Below the pieces are notes generated by a model. The model had not been told where the DNA came from, searched no databases, and saw nothing but the letters and a program-made list of their open reading frames with translations. A stretch of DNA of 64,000 nt, from assembly GCF_009914755.1 (NCBI RefSeq), contig NC_060926.1, one strand, 5' to 3'. Made by a program: the position numbers and the translations under genes. Positions 47,663 through 64,000 of this stretch are shown here, one piece after another. Source of the DNA: the human T2T-CHM13v2.0 reference genome, Homo sapiens. Numbering within the stretch: position 1 is the stretch's first letter; the number at the start of each line of letters is the position of its first letter.

Positions 47663-50004
47663 CTAATTTGTGCAAATGACTCTTTCTAAAATAATTTCTT
47701 GTGTTGCATTACTTAGTCCTCCCCAAATGCCATTCCAGATTATTTTTGTAAAAGATAAGGGGTAATGATTTGGTATGTAGTAAGAGGCACCATAAAGGAA
47801 GCTAATACCCACCAGTGTTTCTCAAAAAATAGTCTCTGCTAGCAATGCCAAGAATGACAAAACTGTGCCCAGTCTGAGGTAAAATAAAAAAAAGTCAAAA
47901 CGTTTAGTTTTTCCTCAGCTTGTTAAAAACATTGCCATATACTCATATCGGTTCTTTCTTTGATGCTGAAATATTTTTAAGAAAGAATGGTAAGAGTAAA
48001 TAGTTTTTAAAAAAATCCTTTTTTGTCAACATAAATTTGGCAACTCTATCAATTTCCAAAATTGTTTTGAAATTTTACTTATCTGTGAAATCTATAAGAC
48101 TAGGAACCACTATCAAACAAGCATTAGCATCACAAAGACATAGAATCTTTTTTTTTCTTTTTTTTTTAAACACAGGTTCTCACTATATTGCCCACGCTGC
48201 TCTCGAACTCCAGGGCTCAAGTGATCCTCCCACCCCGGCTTTCCAAAGTGTTGGGATTACAGACATGAGCCACTGTGCCTAGCCACAGAACTTTGTTTTA
48301 ACAAGTTTGTCACCAGAACACAAGCACCATAAGCTCCACAATGTAGCCTTTAGACACATATACTCATGATCTACAGACATATATATTCATAATCTACAAA
48401 TGAGACCTGATAATAGAACTACTGGGTGTTAGATACACACTGAAGGTCAAACATGAATACCACCACCACCGATATTTCCCTGAAGATATCTGAACCCAGC
48501 AAGGACTGTTGGCCACTGATTCCTGCGGATCCAGAAGTTTTTTGTTGTTTTTTTTCAGAGACAGGGTCTATCTCTATCACCCAGGCTGGGGTGCAGTGGC
48601 GGATCAGAGCTCACTGCAGCCTGAAATTCCAGGGCTCAAGCAATTCTCCTGCCTTAGTATCAGCAGCTGGGACTATAGGCACATACTACCACACTAGGCT
48701 AATTTTTTTTTTTTAAGAGCTGGGGTCTCACTGTATTGCCCAGGCTGATCTTGAACTCCTGGGCTCGTCATCCTCTTGCCTTGGCCTCCCAAAGTGCTGG
48801 GATTATAGGGGTGAGTCACTGTACTTGGCCAGATTGTTATTATTTTTTAAACTGGATTCCACTAAAAAAACCTACAGTCAGAAGACTAGTAAGTCATTAT
48901 TTGAGAAAACTGGTCTTAACCTAGACACAGTAGTTTTGTGTGAATTTTTGGTTGGAATCATGACAGTATCTTGGAGTTAAGTGTAAATACACATGTATTC
49001 TCCTTGACTTTCATTGACAACTTAGAAACAACTATTTTGGAACTGGAAAAAACTCCTTGCAGGTACTCTCAGAAAATTAATTTTCCTAAGGAGCCAGCCT
49101 CAGTGGCTCATGCCTGTAATCTCAGCACTTCTTGAGGCCCCAGTGGGAAGATCGCTTCAGCCCAGGAGTCTGAGACCATCTTGGGCAACATAGCAAGACG
49201 CTGTCTCTACAAAAAATAAAAAATATTAGCCAGGCATGACGGTGCATGCCTGTAGTCCCAGCTACTCGGGAGGCTTAGGTAGGAGGATCACTTGAGTCCT
49301 GGAGGTCAAGGCTGCAGTTGCCGTGATCATGCCACTGCACTCCAGCCTGGGTGACAGAGTGAGACCCTTATCTCAAAAAATAATAATAATAAAATTTTTT
49401 TCCCCTAAGGCTTCCCAATGACTTCGGTAACATAAATATATGTTGTCCTGTATTCTCTCTTGTACTCCCAGTATCAATATCTGGCATGAAGCAACAATGC
49501 TAATGCTCAGAAAATCTGTTAAAATATGCATGCTCATCTTTACACAGCACATACTCTGATTTTGTTAAACTATCATTCCACTATCAACTCTGGTATTCAT
49601 TTCTAGGGCAGAGTATATAGCACAAGAATCCTTGCGTAGGCAATTAGTAGCAATGGGAAACTGATCCTTATTTAGTAAATGTTTACTGAGCTCCTAAATA
49701 GTACCAGCGACTCTTCTGGGCACTGGGAATTCAAGTATGAACAAGTCTAACAAATTCCTTGTCCTCAGAGATTGTAATGTGAGAAGAGAAAAAAACACAT
49801 TAAAAAGATGTCTGGCAGTGTTAAGGGATATGCAGAAAACTAGACAGTAAAATGATAGTGTGTATGTCTGTGGAGGGTGTGCCTTGAGCTGCAGTGTCAA
49901 GGAAGGCCTCTCTAACGCGACAGGTGATCTTAGGGCAGAATTTCTCTAGACATTCTCTGTATCCAAATAACTGTTCTATTTTTATCACAGAGTAGACTGG
50001 ACTA

Positions 50005-50157
<153 letters not shown>

Positions 50158-50254
50158 TTAAAGTATGGACTCGTAGGGTTTGAAGGCACAGGATCTGCGG
50201 AGAAATCTATTGAACTGGGATCTTGTTTCCTCCCTACCCCCAACCTTCTCCCTT

Positions 50255-50672
50255 TTTCAGCACCGCTGGCCGGACCCGAAGACGCGCCCTAAGGAGACGC
50301 CCGGACGCAGGGCACGGGGCGAGCCTCTGACCCACCTCCCGGCTAACCCAAGCCGCCCCAGGAGACGGCGGCGGCGCACTGCTGGAGCAGCCTCAGGATC
50401 CCTCGCGCCACGACCACGCACCTCTGGAGGCGACCCGCACCTCGGCCGGTGCCGGAAGCGCCAGGCCGCACGCGCGCACGCGTTCGCCGCCCAGCGGCCC
50501 GGCGCCGAGCTGCAGCGTTTATCTTGAGCCGGGGTTCCGCTGGCCACCTGGGGGCCTCATTGCCCCATCCCCTCCGCCTGCAAAGCCTGCGCTACTCGCT
50601 GACCCACGGCCAGTCCTCGCCGCCTGTCGCGTGCTCATTACCCTCTAGTTTGCCATGAGTACCTGCGGGCCC
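50255..50672 (-). promoter_or_regulatory. METTL5: METTL5 CpG-island promoter / 5' UTR
   Basis: CpG-dense; ETS/GABPA-type CCGGAAG (about 50452), NRF1-like CGCACGCGCGCA (about 50467). Confidence 0.8.
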
Positions 50673-51057
50673 TCAAAGGATGGGGAAAGACAGAGTGAAA
50701 GGGATGCGGGAGAGAAAGTCACAGTCACTTTGTTGTATGGCCCAGAGTGACTCTTCTTGTTTCCCAAGTCTCGGCTCAAAAAGTAGCGATCTCCATTCAC
50801 CTTTACCTCCTTCTCCATTCTCATGCCTTATTTTATTGTAACTTTGTTTCCCAATTTTTAGGTCATTTGTGTCACTTGCAATTCTCACAGGAGTGGTGAT
50901 GTCAAAGAAACCCAAAGAAGAGATAGTGGAGAGGCAGGGCGCGGCGGCTCACGCCTGTAATCCCAGCACTTTGGGAGGCCGAGGTGGGTGGATCACGAGG
51001 TCAGGAGATTGAGACCATCCTGGCTAACACGGTGAAACCCTGTCCCTACTAAAATTA

Positions 51058-51261
<204 letters not shown>

Positions 51262-51399
51262 TCAAATACTGGAAAGAGGTCGGGCTTCATAAAGTAGGAG
51301 CAGAAATTAAGTTGTAGCAGATTGTGGAGCGAATGGAAATTTAGGAAGAAGAAAGAGTAAATGTGAACAATTAAACGTGGCCCCGGAAGCGGTGGCTCA

Positions 51400-51657
<258 letters not shown>

Positions 51658-51658
51658 T

Positions 51659-51694
<36 letters not shown>

Positions 51695-52325
51695 AAGAAG
51701 AAAAGAAAGAGAAAGAGAAAGGTGGCCTACGAAAAGAATGGTTGGATGCTTAGTAATGGGGGAAGCTTTATTATTTTTTCAATTATTTTTAAGACAGGAG
51801 GAGACAAATTCTGACAAGAATTGAGCTAATAGAAAGAGAGGGGTTAAAAATGCAAGAGGATATTGGATGGAGTTGGGATCCTGAGAAGGCAGGATCCAGT
51901 GGTTAAGTAAAAGGATTGCAGGATTGCGTTTAAGCCTGTGGATGGACACCTCTTTGCATTATTATAGGAAGAAGAAAAAGAGTGAATGGACGATGACGAA
52001 GTAGAGAAGTGTCTGAGGCTGCTACTTCTAGGAATAGCAGAATTCAAAGTTATCTGTTATGAGAATCAAATGAGTTAAAACATACAAAGTTTTAGCATGT
52101 AAAGTTAATACATAAAGTTTTATTTAGTTTATAATTTAGTGATTCGTAAAATTATTGAGCAAATTTAACTTATCACTGTTATATGATGATCGTGACATAC
52201 TTAACTCATGTAGAAGACCAGGAATAACCTGTTTTAATTATGTTTCATTCATTTCAAACACAAGGTTATGGATTGGAAACACTCCTGTTCTTCTTTGTTG
52301 TTGTTGTTGTTGTTGTTGTTTTTAG

Positions 52326-52778
<453 letters not shown>

Positions 52779-52869
52779 TAAAGAAATAATTGCCCTTATT
52801 AAAGATTTCCTATAAGGTGAGTACTTTATTTCAGTAGCTCTTAACTTAGAAAGTTGGGAGCCTAGCTTG

Positions 52870-53073
52870 GTCCACAGGCGCCCAGGAGAGAGGGGCGGGA
52901 GGAAGGCTCTGCAGCCCGAGGGGGCGTGTGTAGGGGCGGGGCTGCGGGCGGAGGAGCGCGGACGCTCCGGGTATCGCGAGAGTTGGGCGGGCCGAGCAAT
53001 CGCAGCAGTCTATTCCCTCACTCTCCCTGGAGGAGCCGCTGGCCCTGGACTCTCCAAATTCTGAGCTCTCATC
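52870..53073 (+). promoter_or_regulatory. UBR3: UBR3 CpG-island promoter / 5' UTR
   Basis: GC boxes GGGGCGGG (about 52892, 52933); TATCGCGAGA (52972-52981) matching the TMTCGCGAGA BANP/ZBTB33 motif; island continues through exon 1. Confidence 0.8.
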
Positions 53074-53618
53074 ATGGCGGCGGCGGCCGCGGCGGCCGTC
53101 GGGGGCCAGCAGCCGTCACAGCCCGAGCTGCCCGCGCCGGGGCTGGCCCTAGACAAGGCGGCCACCGCCGCGCACCTCAAGGCGGCCCTCAGCCGGCCGG
53201 ACAACCGCGCAGGTGCTGAGGAGCTGCAGGCGCTGCTGGAGCGGGTGCTGAGCGCCGAGCGGCCGCTGGCCGCGGCTGCTGGCGGCGAGGACGCGGCGGC
53301 GGCCGGAGGCGGGGGCGGTCCGGGGGCGGCCGAGGAGGAGGCCCTGGAGTGGTGTAAGTGCCTTCTGGCGGGCGGCGGCGGCTACGACGAGTTCTGCGCG
53401 GCGGTGCGGGCCTACGATCCCGCGGCGCTCTGCGGCCTGGTCTGGACAGCCAACTTCGTGGCCTACCGCTGCCGGACGTGCGGCATCTCGCCCTGCATGT
53501 CGCTGTGCGCCGAGTGCTTCCACCAGGGCGACCACACCGGACACGACTTCAACATGTTCCGCAGCCAGGCCGGGGGCGCCTGCGACTGCGGGGACAGCAA
53601 CGTGATGCGGGAGAGCGG
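53074..53618 (+). CDS. UBR3: UBR3 E3 ubiquitin ligase, exon 1 (UBR-box zinc finger); gene continues beyond the window
   Basis: ATCATGG start; [19 protein letters not shown]...[55 protein letters not shown] (UBR box); donor GG|GTGAGT. Confidence 0.97.
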
Positions 53619-54987
53619 GTGAGTGGAGCCCTCCCCGCGGGCGAGGCGACCCTGGGCCGGGGACGTCGCGGGAGGGCCTGGAGCGGAGCACTGGGAGCCC
53701 ACTCTGAGCTGTCAAGGGGAGGGTGCGGGGGAGGGTGCAGCCACAGGGGGATGGAGGTGACTGAGCTGTCAGCGGTGGAAAGGGGGTGGGGAGGAGAAAG
53801 AGGGGAGAGGAGAGCGGAGAGCATGTTTAGGAAACCGGGCTGTGAATTTTGGGGAAGCCAGGGTGGGTAAATGATAGCGAGAAAAGAGCCAGTGTATGGG
53901 GTAGGAGGGGAGTGAGGGGAAATGATTTTTGGGGAAGCTCGTGTCGAGCTGTCAAGTGTGTACTTGTTGGGAAAGGCTGTAAAGCCTGGTTCTTGGGAAG
54001 AGACTTAGGTTGTGATTTGGATTGGCTGGGAGGGGATGTTATTGGGGACCGTATTGGCTCGCGGGATGATGAGAGCTGGGGAGGTGGTCTTGTACGTGCA
54101 GGGAAGGACGCTTGAGGAAAAGGTCTTCTGAACTGCCAGTGTGTCTGTCACTGTGAGAGAAGGAGCTCTTGAGGGTTGAGGGAGGAGGGAAGGGGAGGGG
54201 CCTGCATGAAAAGTGACTGTTGAGCTGTCAGTGGAGTATTTGGTATGCTGGAATGACATTTAGAATTGGGCTACTGAGCAGTCAGTTACAGAATACCCTC
54301 CATACCAGGAGAACAAACAAAATACTGAGCGAACCAGGAATCAAGTGTTAGGTCTTCTCCAGTTAAGGGCACTTTGTTCACTCACTGATACGTGAACCTC
54401 TGTCTAAAAGGAGACAACAAATGCCCTTTTGACAGAAGCGATGCATCAGATGTTGGGACTTATGAGAAAAGACATTTCAGAGTTTGCAGTGAGTTACAGA
54501 GAGTTGGTACATGTAGGGTCGTGGCTTGGAACATGATGTCAATGTCAGGGACAGTCTGAGAAAAAAGGAAAAAGTGAAAGGGGCGATTTTGGATGGGCAG
54601 TAGTTGAAAGAATATTAGCAACTACAGGTTGCTATCAGTTATTAAACTTCTTCAATTTTCAGGTCTTAGGATTAATGACAGAGTACAATCTTTTTATAAA
54701 TGGTCACCTTTTTCTTCGGAGTACTTGTAAGGTTACTGTTACTCCAAAATGTTTGTACCTACTATGTGCAAGCAAGGCTTCTTGGATATTAAAAATGAAT
54801 GAAACATTGACCAACCCCTTACTCTACTTGCACTGGAGTAGAAAGTAATAAATTCCTTAAACAATAACTTGGTAGCTAGAGGAGGGAGATGAGGTTTCTG
54901 TGCAGAGGGAGTAAGAAAAAGTCTTCAGAAAGGAGGTATTTTGAATTTGCTAATAATAATAACAACATAATTGCAGCTAACATTTGA

Positions 54988-55170
<183 letters not shown>

Positions 55171-56659
55171 TAGTAGAGACAGGGTTTCTCCATGTCGGTC
55201 AGGCTAGTCCCGAACTCCCGACCTCAGGTGATCCGCCCGCGTCGGCCTCCCAAGTGCTGGGATTACAGGCGTGAGCCACCGCGCCCGGCCAACATTTGAG
55301 TTCTTGAACTGTATGTCTGATACTTTAAAAGTACTTTTTAAAATTTAATATTTGAATAGGTAAAATATATAGCTAAAAAGTACACACACACACACACACA
55401 CACACGGAAGTTTTTCTCACATCTAGTCTTCTATCTGTCCAGTTCCTTCCCGCTTAGTTTCTCTTGGTGCAGAACAAGCAAAGATGTTTCCTAGTTTTTC
55501 AGTCTCTTTTTATGCAAAGGGTTACATACTTTCCACTGTTCTACATCTTGCATTTTTTGGTTATCTTAGATGTATTTTTCCTATTAAAAAATCAGTGTCG
55601 TCATTCTATTTTTTTAAAAAAACTGCTGCATAGTGTTCCATGTTTTCAATTTGCCATTCTTTAATTTCTTTTTTTATTTTTATTTTTATTTTTTGTGCGT
55701 GTGAATTTGCCATTCTTGATTTAATGTCTCTTCATGGGCATTTGGCTTTCCAGTATAAAATTAAAAACGTGGTGTATCTGTCTTTTCCCCACCTGGTCAA
55801 GAGAGTCAGTGGGATAAATTCTCAAAAGTGTGATTTCCAAATTGCCCTCCCTAAGGCTTAGTACTAATTACTCTGTGAGACTGCCTGTTTTCCAACAGCC
55901 TCATCAACAGAGTAGTAGTAAAATTTTGGACTTTTATCTATTTGGTTAAAAGTGGCCAAATTCTAGCTGTTTTATGTGATTTAACTTATTTATTCTTTGA
56001 CTCTGAGATTATTACTTTTATTATTCTCATTGTACAGAAGAGGAAAGTAGGGCAGAGTTAAAAACCTTGCTCAAGTTCACACAGGCAGTAAGCTAGGCAT
56101 GCTGGCTCCAGGGCTCTGGAGCCAGACTAATCAACCATTTCTCTTTACTGCCCCTACTAAATAGCATTCTTACTGGTTTTTCTTTTCAATTCTATGTTTT
56201 ATCTTTTTTTTTTCCTTAATATGCTATTCTTATTTGGGCCTTTGTTTCTTTCTTTTTAAACTTTTTTTGTTTGTTTTGTTTTAAAGAGGCACATCAAAAC
56301 AGGAGTTGGAGCAATCCTTTACTGATATTTAGACATTTTTACTTCTTGGACTGGGTTAGCATTTAGGAAAGCCTCCAGAGAACCTGAAGGTAGGAAATAA
56401 CACTGATTCTTTCCTGACTTTTGGAATACAGTGGTAATTATCAGGTTGTCGTGGATGAGATGGAAGTCTGATCGCTTGTGATGCTTCAGTGTACTACCAG
56501 AAATATGTCAGTGAGTTTCTTTGAAGGTATTCATACAGTTTTAGGGCATCCAGGCTATAGACAGTCAACATCCTAACCTCATGGTATTTGCTTTTACTGG
56601 TGTCTCATAGGTAAGTATTATTTTCCCAGTCTGGCAACCCTCTATGAGTTGGTACATTA

Positions 56660-56699
<40 letters not shown>

Positions 56700-56856
56700 T
56701 TTTTTGAGAGAGAGAGTTTTGCTCTTGTTGCCCAGGCTGGATTGCAGTGGCACGATCTTGGCTCACCGCAACCTCTGCCTCCCGGGTTCAAGTGATTCTC
56801 TACCTCAGCCTTCCAAATAGCTGGGATTACAGGGATGCGCCACCACACCCGGCTAA

Positions 56857-57006
<150 letters not shown>

Positions 57007-58322
57007 TAATATTTAAAGATTTATTATTATCTTTGTCTGAAACCAGAGCTATTGCCTGTATGTGTCAGCAGTTGCCATGTCCAGTTTCATAAAGGGCAAG
57101 ATTGAACAATAAACAGTATTGTGGCCATGCAATTACTCTGAATTTTTTCTAACTGCTTGGATTGGATAGAGTAATTTTCCTGGGCTATACAGCTAATTTA
57201 CTGCCTCAAGAGAAATAGGTGATGTTGACCAGCTCTGCAACCTAAAAGACTGCCTCTGGAACCTTTTTAGAACTGGAAATCATCAACAGCTTGTAACAGT
57301 GTTCTCATGGGCAAAGCTGGACTACACTGGCATGAACAGAATGTTTGAACTTTTCTAAGTTTTTGGTATTTTAAAAACCCCTTTAGATTGCCAAAGATTG
57401 AATGTGTGTTGATTTTGGGGTTTTTATTCTAACTGCCATAAGTTTGTAAATTTCATGGTTTAGTCACTTTTAGAGGAAGGATTCCTTTTTTTCAGCTGTA
57501 TTTGTGCTCTTAGTAAATGAGAATAAATCTTTCTGTGCCATAATCCTTTTCACCAGTGTCTGACTGTTGCCTGTAGGATGTTCTTGATTGGAGATGGAGA
57601 AGAATCTTGAATCTATCACAGCTGTATTTATATTTAATTTTCAAATTAGCAATTATAGAACTGTGGGGAGGATTTAGTTATTTTTGACTGAGTAGTATTG
57701 ATATAATCAATGTGGCAGTATTAGCAGATATACAAACCAAAGGAAGAAAACAATTGAGGATTCATTTGTGGGATGAAATCACAAAGGCTATGGAAATTGT
57801 GTGCTAATAACTGTATGTGGCTGGGCGCGGTGGCTCACGCCTGCAATCCCAGCACTTTGGGAGGCCGAGGTGGGCAGATCACGAAGTCAGGAGATTGAGA
57901 TCATCCTGGCTAACATGGTGAAACCCCGTCTCTACTAAAAATACAAAAAATTAGTCAGGCGTGGTGGTGGGTGCCTGTAGTCCCAGCTACTCGGGAGGCT
58001 GAGGCAGGAGAATGGCGTGAACCCGGGAGGCGGAGCTTGGAGTGAGCTTGGAGTGAGCTTGGAGTGAGATCCCGCCACTGCACTCCAGCCTGGGCGACAG
58101 AGCGTGACTCTGTCTCAGGAAAAAAAACAAAAAAACTGTATGTATAACTACAGTTTTGCCACTAGTGAGTAAGTGCAGTCATTGTCAGAAATGCTTTATG
58201 GGGGCCGGGCGTGGTGGCTCACACCTGTAATCCCAGCACTTTGGGAGGCCGAGGCAGGCGGATCACCTTAAGTCGGGAGTTCAAGACCAGCCTGACCACA
58301 TGGAGAAACCCCATCTCTACTA

Positions 58323-58782
<460 letters not shown>

Positions 58783-60299
58783 ATGTCTGACTAGCTGGTT
58801 TTGGGCTCTGATGGGATACTAACTGGAAACTGGGATTTTAAACATTTAGTTCTCAAATTTTGGTGCAGAGAATGAGGAGTTTCATGTTCTGTCCTATATT
58901 ACAGATATTTTTGTCTCCTTGCTTGTTCTTCCTCACATATTCTAAGCTCCTTAAAAGATAAGGACCACATTTTGCTATTAGCCAGAGGCCAGCACCTACT
59001 AAGTCTCTTGTACTTAGGAGGTGTCAGTAATTTTGAATTAAATTGGATAAAAAAGTGGCTGCTATACCCAAAAAGTTACTGTAAGATTACATTGCTTTAG
59101 TTACTCATGAGGTGGCATTGATTATTAAATCCATAGCAGCTTTTTTCAGAGTGCTTTCATTCTTTTTTTAATTTCAGAAGTAATACACATTGATTATAAC
59201 ATAAAAATAAGTGGATAAAGTAAAAAGTAAAGGTGCCTTTCTCCATCCTACCCCTCAGTAAGAAATTTCCTTTTCTTTTAAGGTTACTTATGTGTTTAAA
59301 AGAGATTAGTTATAATTTATCCAGCATTTCTAGATTTTTTTTTTTTTTAGTGACAGGTTCTCGCAGTGTCTCCCAGGCTGGAGTGCAGTGGTGTGATATC
59401 ACAGCTCACTGCAGCCTCTACCTCCCAGGCTCAAGTGATCTCCCACCTCACCCTCCCAAGTAGCTGTGACTGTAGGCGCACACCACCACACACAGCTAAA
59501 TTTCTTTTTGTATTTTTTGTAGAGATGGTATTTCACCATGTTGGCCAGGCTGGTCTTGAACTCCTGGCTTCAAGCAGTCTACCTGCCTCAGCCTCCCAAA
59601 GAGCTGGGATTATAGGCGTGAGCCACAGTGTGGTGCCTGGCCTGTGTTGTGGGAGGTTTTTAGGTTTTCTGATCTGTGGTAGCCAGAAATTGAACCACGT
59701 GAATGTCTGGTTGAATAGTGTTACTCTCTTCAGTAGCTTGCTTTTTTCCCCTTAACATATTTATGGATACTATCTCAAAAGTAGAACTGCTTCATTTTTA
59801 AAGTTAAATAGTATTTCATTGTATTTCCATGTTTTTGTAATGTACTATGATTTTTGCGGTCAGTCCCTACAGATAGACATTTAAATTGTTTCCAGACTTG
59901 GGCTGTTGTAAACATTGTTGCAGTCAGTATTCTTGTATACACTTGTTCATATGTGTGTGAGCTTATGTATGAGGATACATTCCTAGAAGTTATATCTTGG
60001 TTGAAGGAAATTTGCAAATTCAACTTTGATAGAACCCTCCAAAGAAATTAATTTACATTCCTGCCAACAATGTATGAAACAATTTGTTTCCCCATATTCT
60101 GGCAGTATATATGGTGGTATCAGTGTTTCTGATCTTTGCTGCTCTCATAAGTGAAAAGTTATATCCCATTTCATCTGTTATCTCCCTGTCCCACTGCTTT
60201 TTCGTCCCAGCCAGGACTATTTTGAAGCAAATATCAGATACCTTATAATTTAATTTAAAAATATTTGAGTATGCATCTCAGTAAAGAGATGTGAACTCT

Positions 60300-60758
60300 A
60301 AAACATAACTCAAATGTCCATCAGCAGATGAATGGGTAAGCAATATGTGGAATATACGTACAATGGAATATTTAACCTTAAAAAGTAATAAAATTCTGAC
60401 ACATTAGAATGTTACAATGTAGATAAACCTTGAAGACCTTATGCCAAATGAAATAGGCCCAGCACAAAAGAACAAATGCTTGTATGCTTCGGTCTATATG
60501 AAGTGCCCGGAATAGTCAAATTCATACAGACAGAAAGTAGAATAGTGATTATCAGAGGCCAAGGGAAGGGGAGATTGGGGAGTTATTTTTTTAACAGGTA
60601 CAGAGTTTCAGTTTGGGAAGATGAAAAAGTCCTTGAGATCGATGGTTGTGATGGTTGCAAAACAATGTGAATGTACTTAATGCCACTAAACTGTACACTT
60701 AAGATGTTTTAAATGGTAAATTTTATGTTATTTATATTTTACCACAATTAAAAAATAA
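60300..60758 (+). mobile_element. L1MB-type 3' end
   Basis: CAAATGTCCATCAGCAGATGAATGG...AACCTTGAAGAC.TTATGC...ACAGAAAGTAGAATAGTG...GTACAGAGTTTCAGTTTGGGAAGATGAAAAAGT...TTTTACCACAATTAAAAA. Confidence 0.85.
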
Positions 60759-60858
60759 TGTCGGGTATGGTGGCTCGCACCTGTAGTCCCAGCTACTCCC
60801 GAGGCTGAGATGGGAGTATTGCTTGAGGCTGGGAGTAAGAGGCTGCAGTGGATTATGA

Positions 60859-61296
<438 letters not shown>

Positions 61297-61544
61297 TAAA
61301 TCATTATAAAACTCAGTTAAAACTATTTTCAATTATGAAACAATTTGAATTTACAGAAAAGTACAAAAGTAGTATAACAGATACCTTTGTACTTACCATT
61401 GAGATGAATAGATATTAACCTTTTGCCATGTTTGCTCTAGAGTTGCTTTTAGTCAAAAAACCAAAGAAAGGTCAACCCACCTTTCCCTTTCTCTTTTCCT
61501 CTCCAGACGTTAACCATTTTCCTGAAATTCCTGTGTGCACTGTC

Positions 61545-61645
<101 letters not shown>

Positions 61646-61646
61646 A

Positions 61647-61862
<216 letters not shown>

Positions 61863-61985
61863 TGACCTCCGGTGATCTTCCCGCCTCAGCCTCCCAGAGT
61901 GCTGGAATTACAGGCATGGGCTACCACGCCTGGCCCCACCAGGAATTTGAGGTCTTGTTTTTCTGCTTATTGAAACTTGGTGTTA

Positions 61986-62205
61986 ATGAGAACACATGGA
62001 CACCACGAAGGGAACAACACACACAGGGGCCTGTTGGGTCGGGGGCAGGGAGAGGGAGAGCATCAGAAAAAATAGCTAATGCATGCTGGGCTTCATACCT
62101 AGTTGATGAGTTGATAGGTGCAGCAAACCACCACAGCAACCATTTACCTATGTAACCTGTACATCCTGCACATGTAATTCAGAACTTAAAAAAAAAAAAA
62201 CCAAA
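61986..62205 (+). mobile_element. Short 5'-truncated L1PA 3' end
   Basis: ATGAGAACACATGGACAC...TTGATAGGTGCAGCAAACCACCA...AGAACTTAAAAAAA; TSD ACTTGGTGTTA at 61975-61985 and 62210-62220. Confidence 0.88.
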
Positions 62206-62706
62206 AGACACTTGGTGTTATATATATAAATTTATAATATTTTACCAATCTGTTGGATACAAACATCTTTTTAAAATTTATATTTTCTTGACTAGTAAAG
62301 TTGAACATCTTTTCATATGTTTTGGGGCCATTTGGGCTTCTTTCTTGGTGAACTGCTGGTTCATATTATTTGCCTGTTTTGTTTTTCTGTTTTACTGAGT
62401 TTTAAGAATGCTGTACATACTCTAGATGCTGATCCTTTGTTGTATAAATACTTAATTTCATCTTCTAGTTTGTGTCTTGTCTTTTTACCTTGAAATATAT
62501 AATTTTGTTGTAAACGATTTTAAATTAAAAATGTAGTTTTTCTTCTACAGTTTGTATTATTTGTATCTTGTTAAAGAAATCTTCTTCACCTTGGTTTAAA
62601 AAAATGCTTATATGTTTTCTACTGAAAGATTTAAGGTTTTTCATTGTACACTTAGGTCTTTTGTCCATCTGGAATTTATTTTTACATGTAGTATGAGATT
62701 GAGGTC

Positions 62707-63374
<668 letters not shown>

Positions 63375-63934
63375 TTAGATCTAATTTTATCTTTTTCAAT
63401 ATGAGGATTCACTTATTGAACATTTTTTTCCTCCATTGATCTATAATGTCACCTCTATCACAGACCAAACCTATGTGTGTCCTAAGTTCTCTATTGTATT
63501 GATATGTCTCTTATAACAATACCATACTACTTTATTAGAACATTAAAATGTATTTTGATATGGCAGGATTTCCTTATTATTAGTCTTCAAAAGGGTTTTT
63601 GGCTGTTCTTGGTTCCTGTTTTCATTTGAATTTCAGGAGCTTATCAAGTTCTCTGGAAAACTTCTGTTAAGATGTTGACTGGCATCACATTAAATATGAG
63701 GAGGTTGCAGAAAGATACATGTTCAAGTATGTTCATTGTAACACTGAAATAGGGAAAAATGGAAACAGTGAGATTAGTGAACTGTAGTTTAATCATTCAA
63801 TGGAATACTTTATGGCAGAATACATAAATTGCCATCCATCTTAGTCTGTTTGTGCTGCTGTTACATCAGACGGAGTAATTTAGAACAGAAATTTATTTAT
63901 TCCAGTCTGGAAGCTGGGAAGTCCAAGATTAAGG

Positions 63935-63978
<44 letters not shown>

Positions 63979-64000
63979 TGGTGAGGCCTTCTTGCATACT

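Noticed and set aside
53149-53870. 188-aa antisense and 170-aa alternative-frame ORFs over UBR3 exon 1
   Set aside because: Stop-poor shadows of a very GC-rich exon; non-ATG or weak starts, no recognisable domain.

Overview
Human (or very closely related ape) genomic DNA, Alu-dense, recognisable as the SSB-METTL5-UBR3 locus (2q31.1, from recognition of the encoded proteins). It contains the complete SSB/La autoantigen gene (+ strand; non-coding exon 1 plus 11 coding exons; spliced CDS 1227 nt = 408 aa), the complete METTL5 18S rRNA m6A methyltransferase gene (- strand; 7 coding exons; 630 nt = 209 aa) and exon 1 plus the start of intron 1 of UBR3 (+ strand), divergent from METTL5. The first 24 kb is intergenic repeat-rich DNA with a CYB5A processed pseudogene. 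Most notable observations: (1) METTL5's last coding exon and poly(A) signal lie antisense inside the SSB 3' UTR; (2) a U3 snoRNA 5' fragment fused to an L1 3' end inside one target-site duplication in METTL5 intron 4; (3) a 22-nt tRNA-Glu 5' fragment with an A-tail and target-site duplication; (4) a T25 tract in the alternative SSB leader; (5) inverted Alus around an in-frame, stop-free SSB exon 3-4 block. I see no wholly new gene system; nearly all ORF-track entries are Alu/L1 or GC-rich shadow ORFs. Repeat subfamily calls and repeat boundaries are by eye and approximate.
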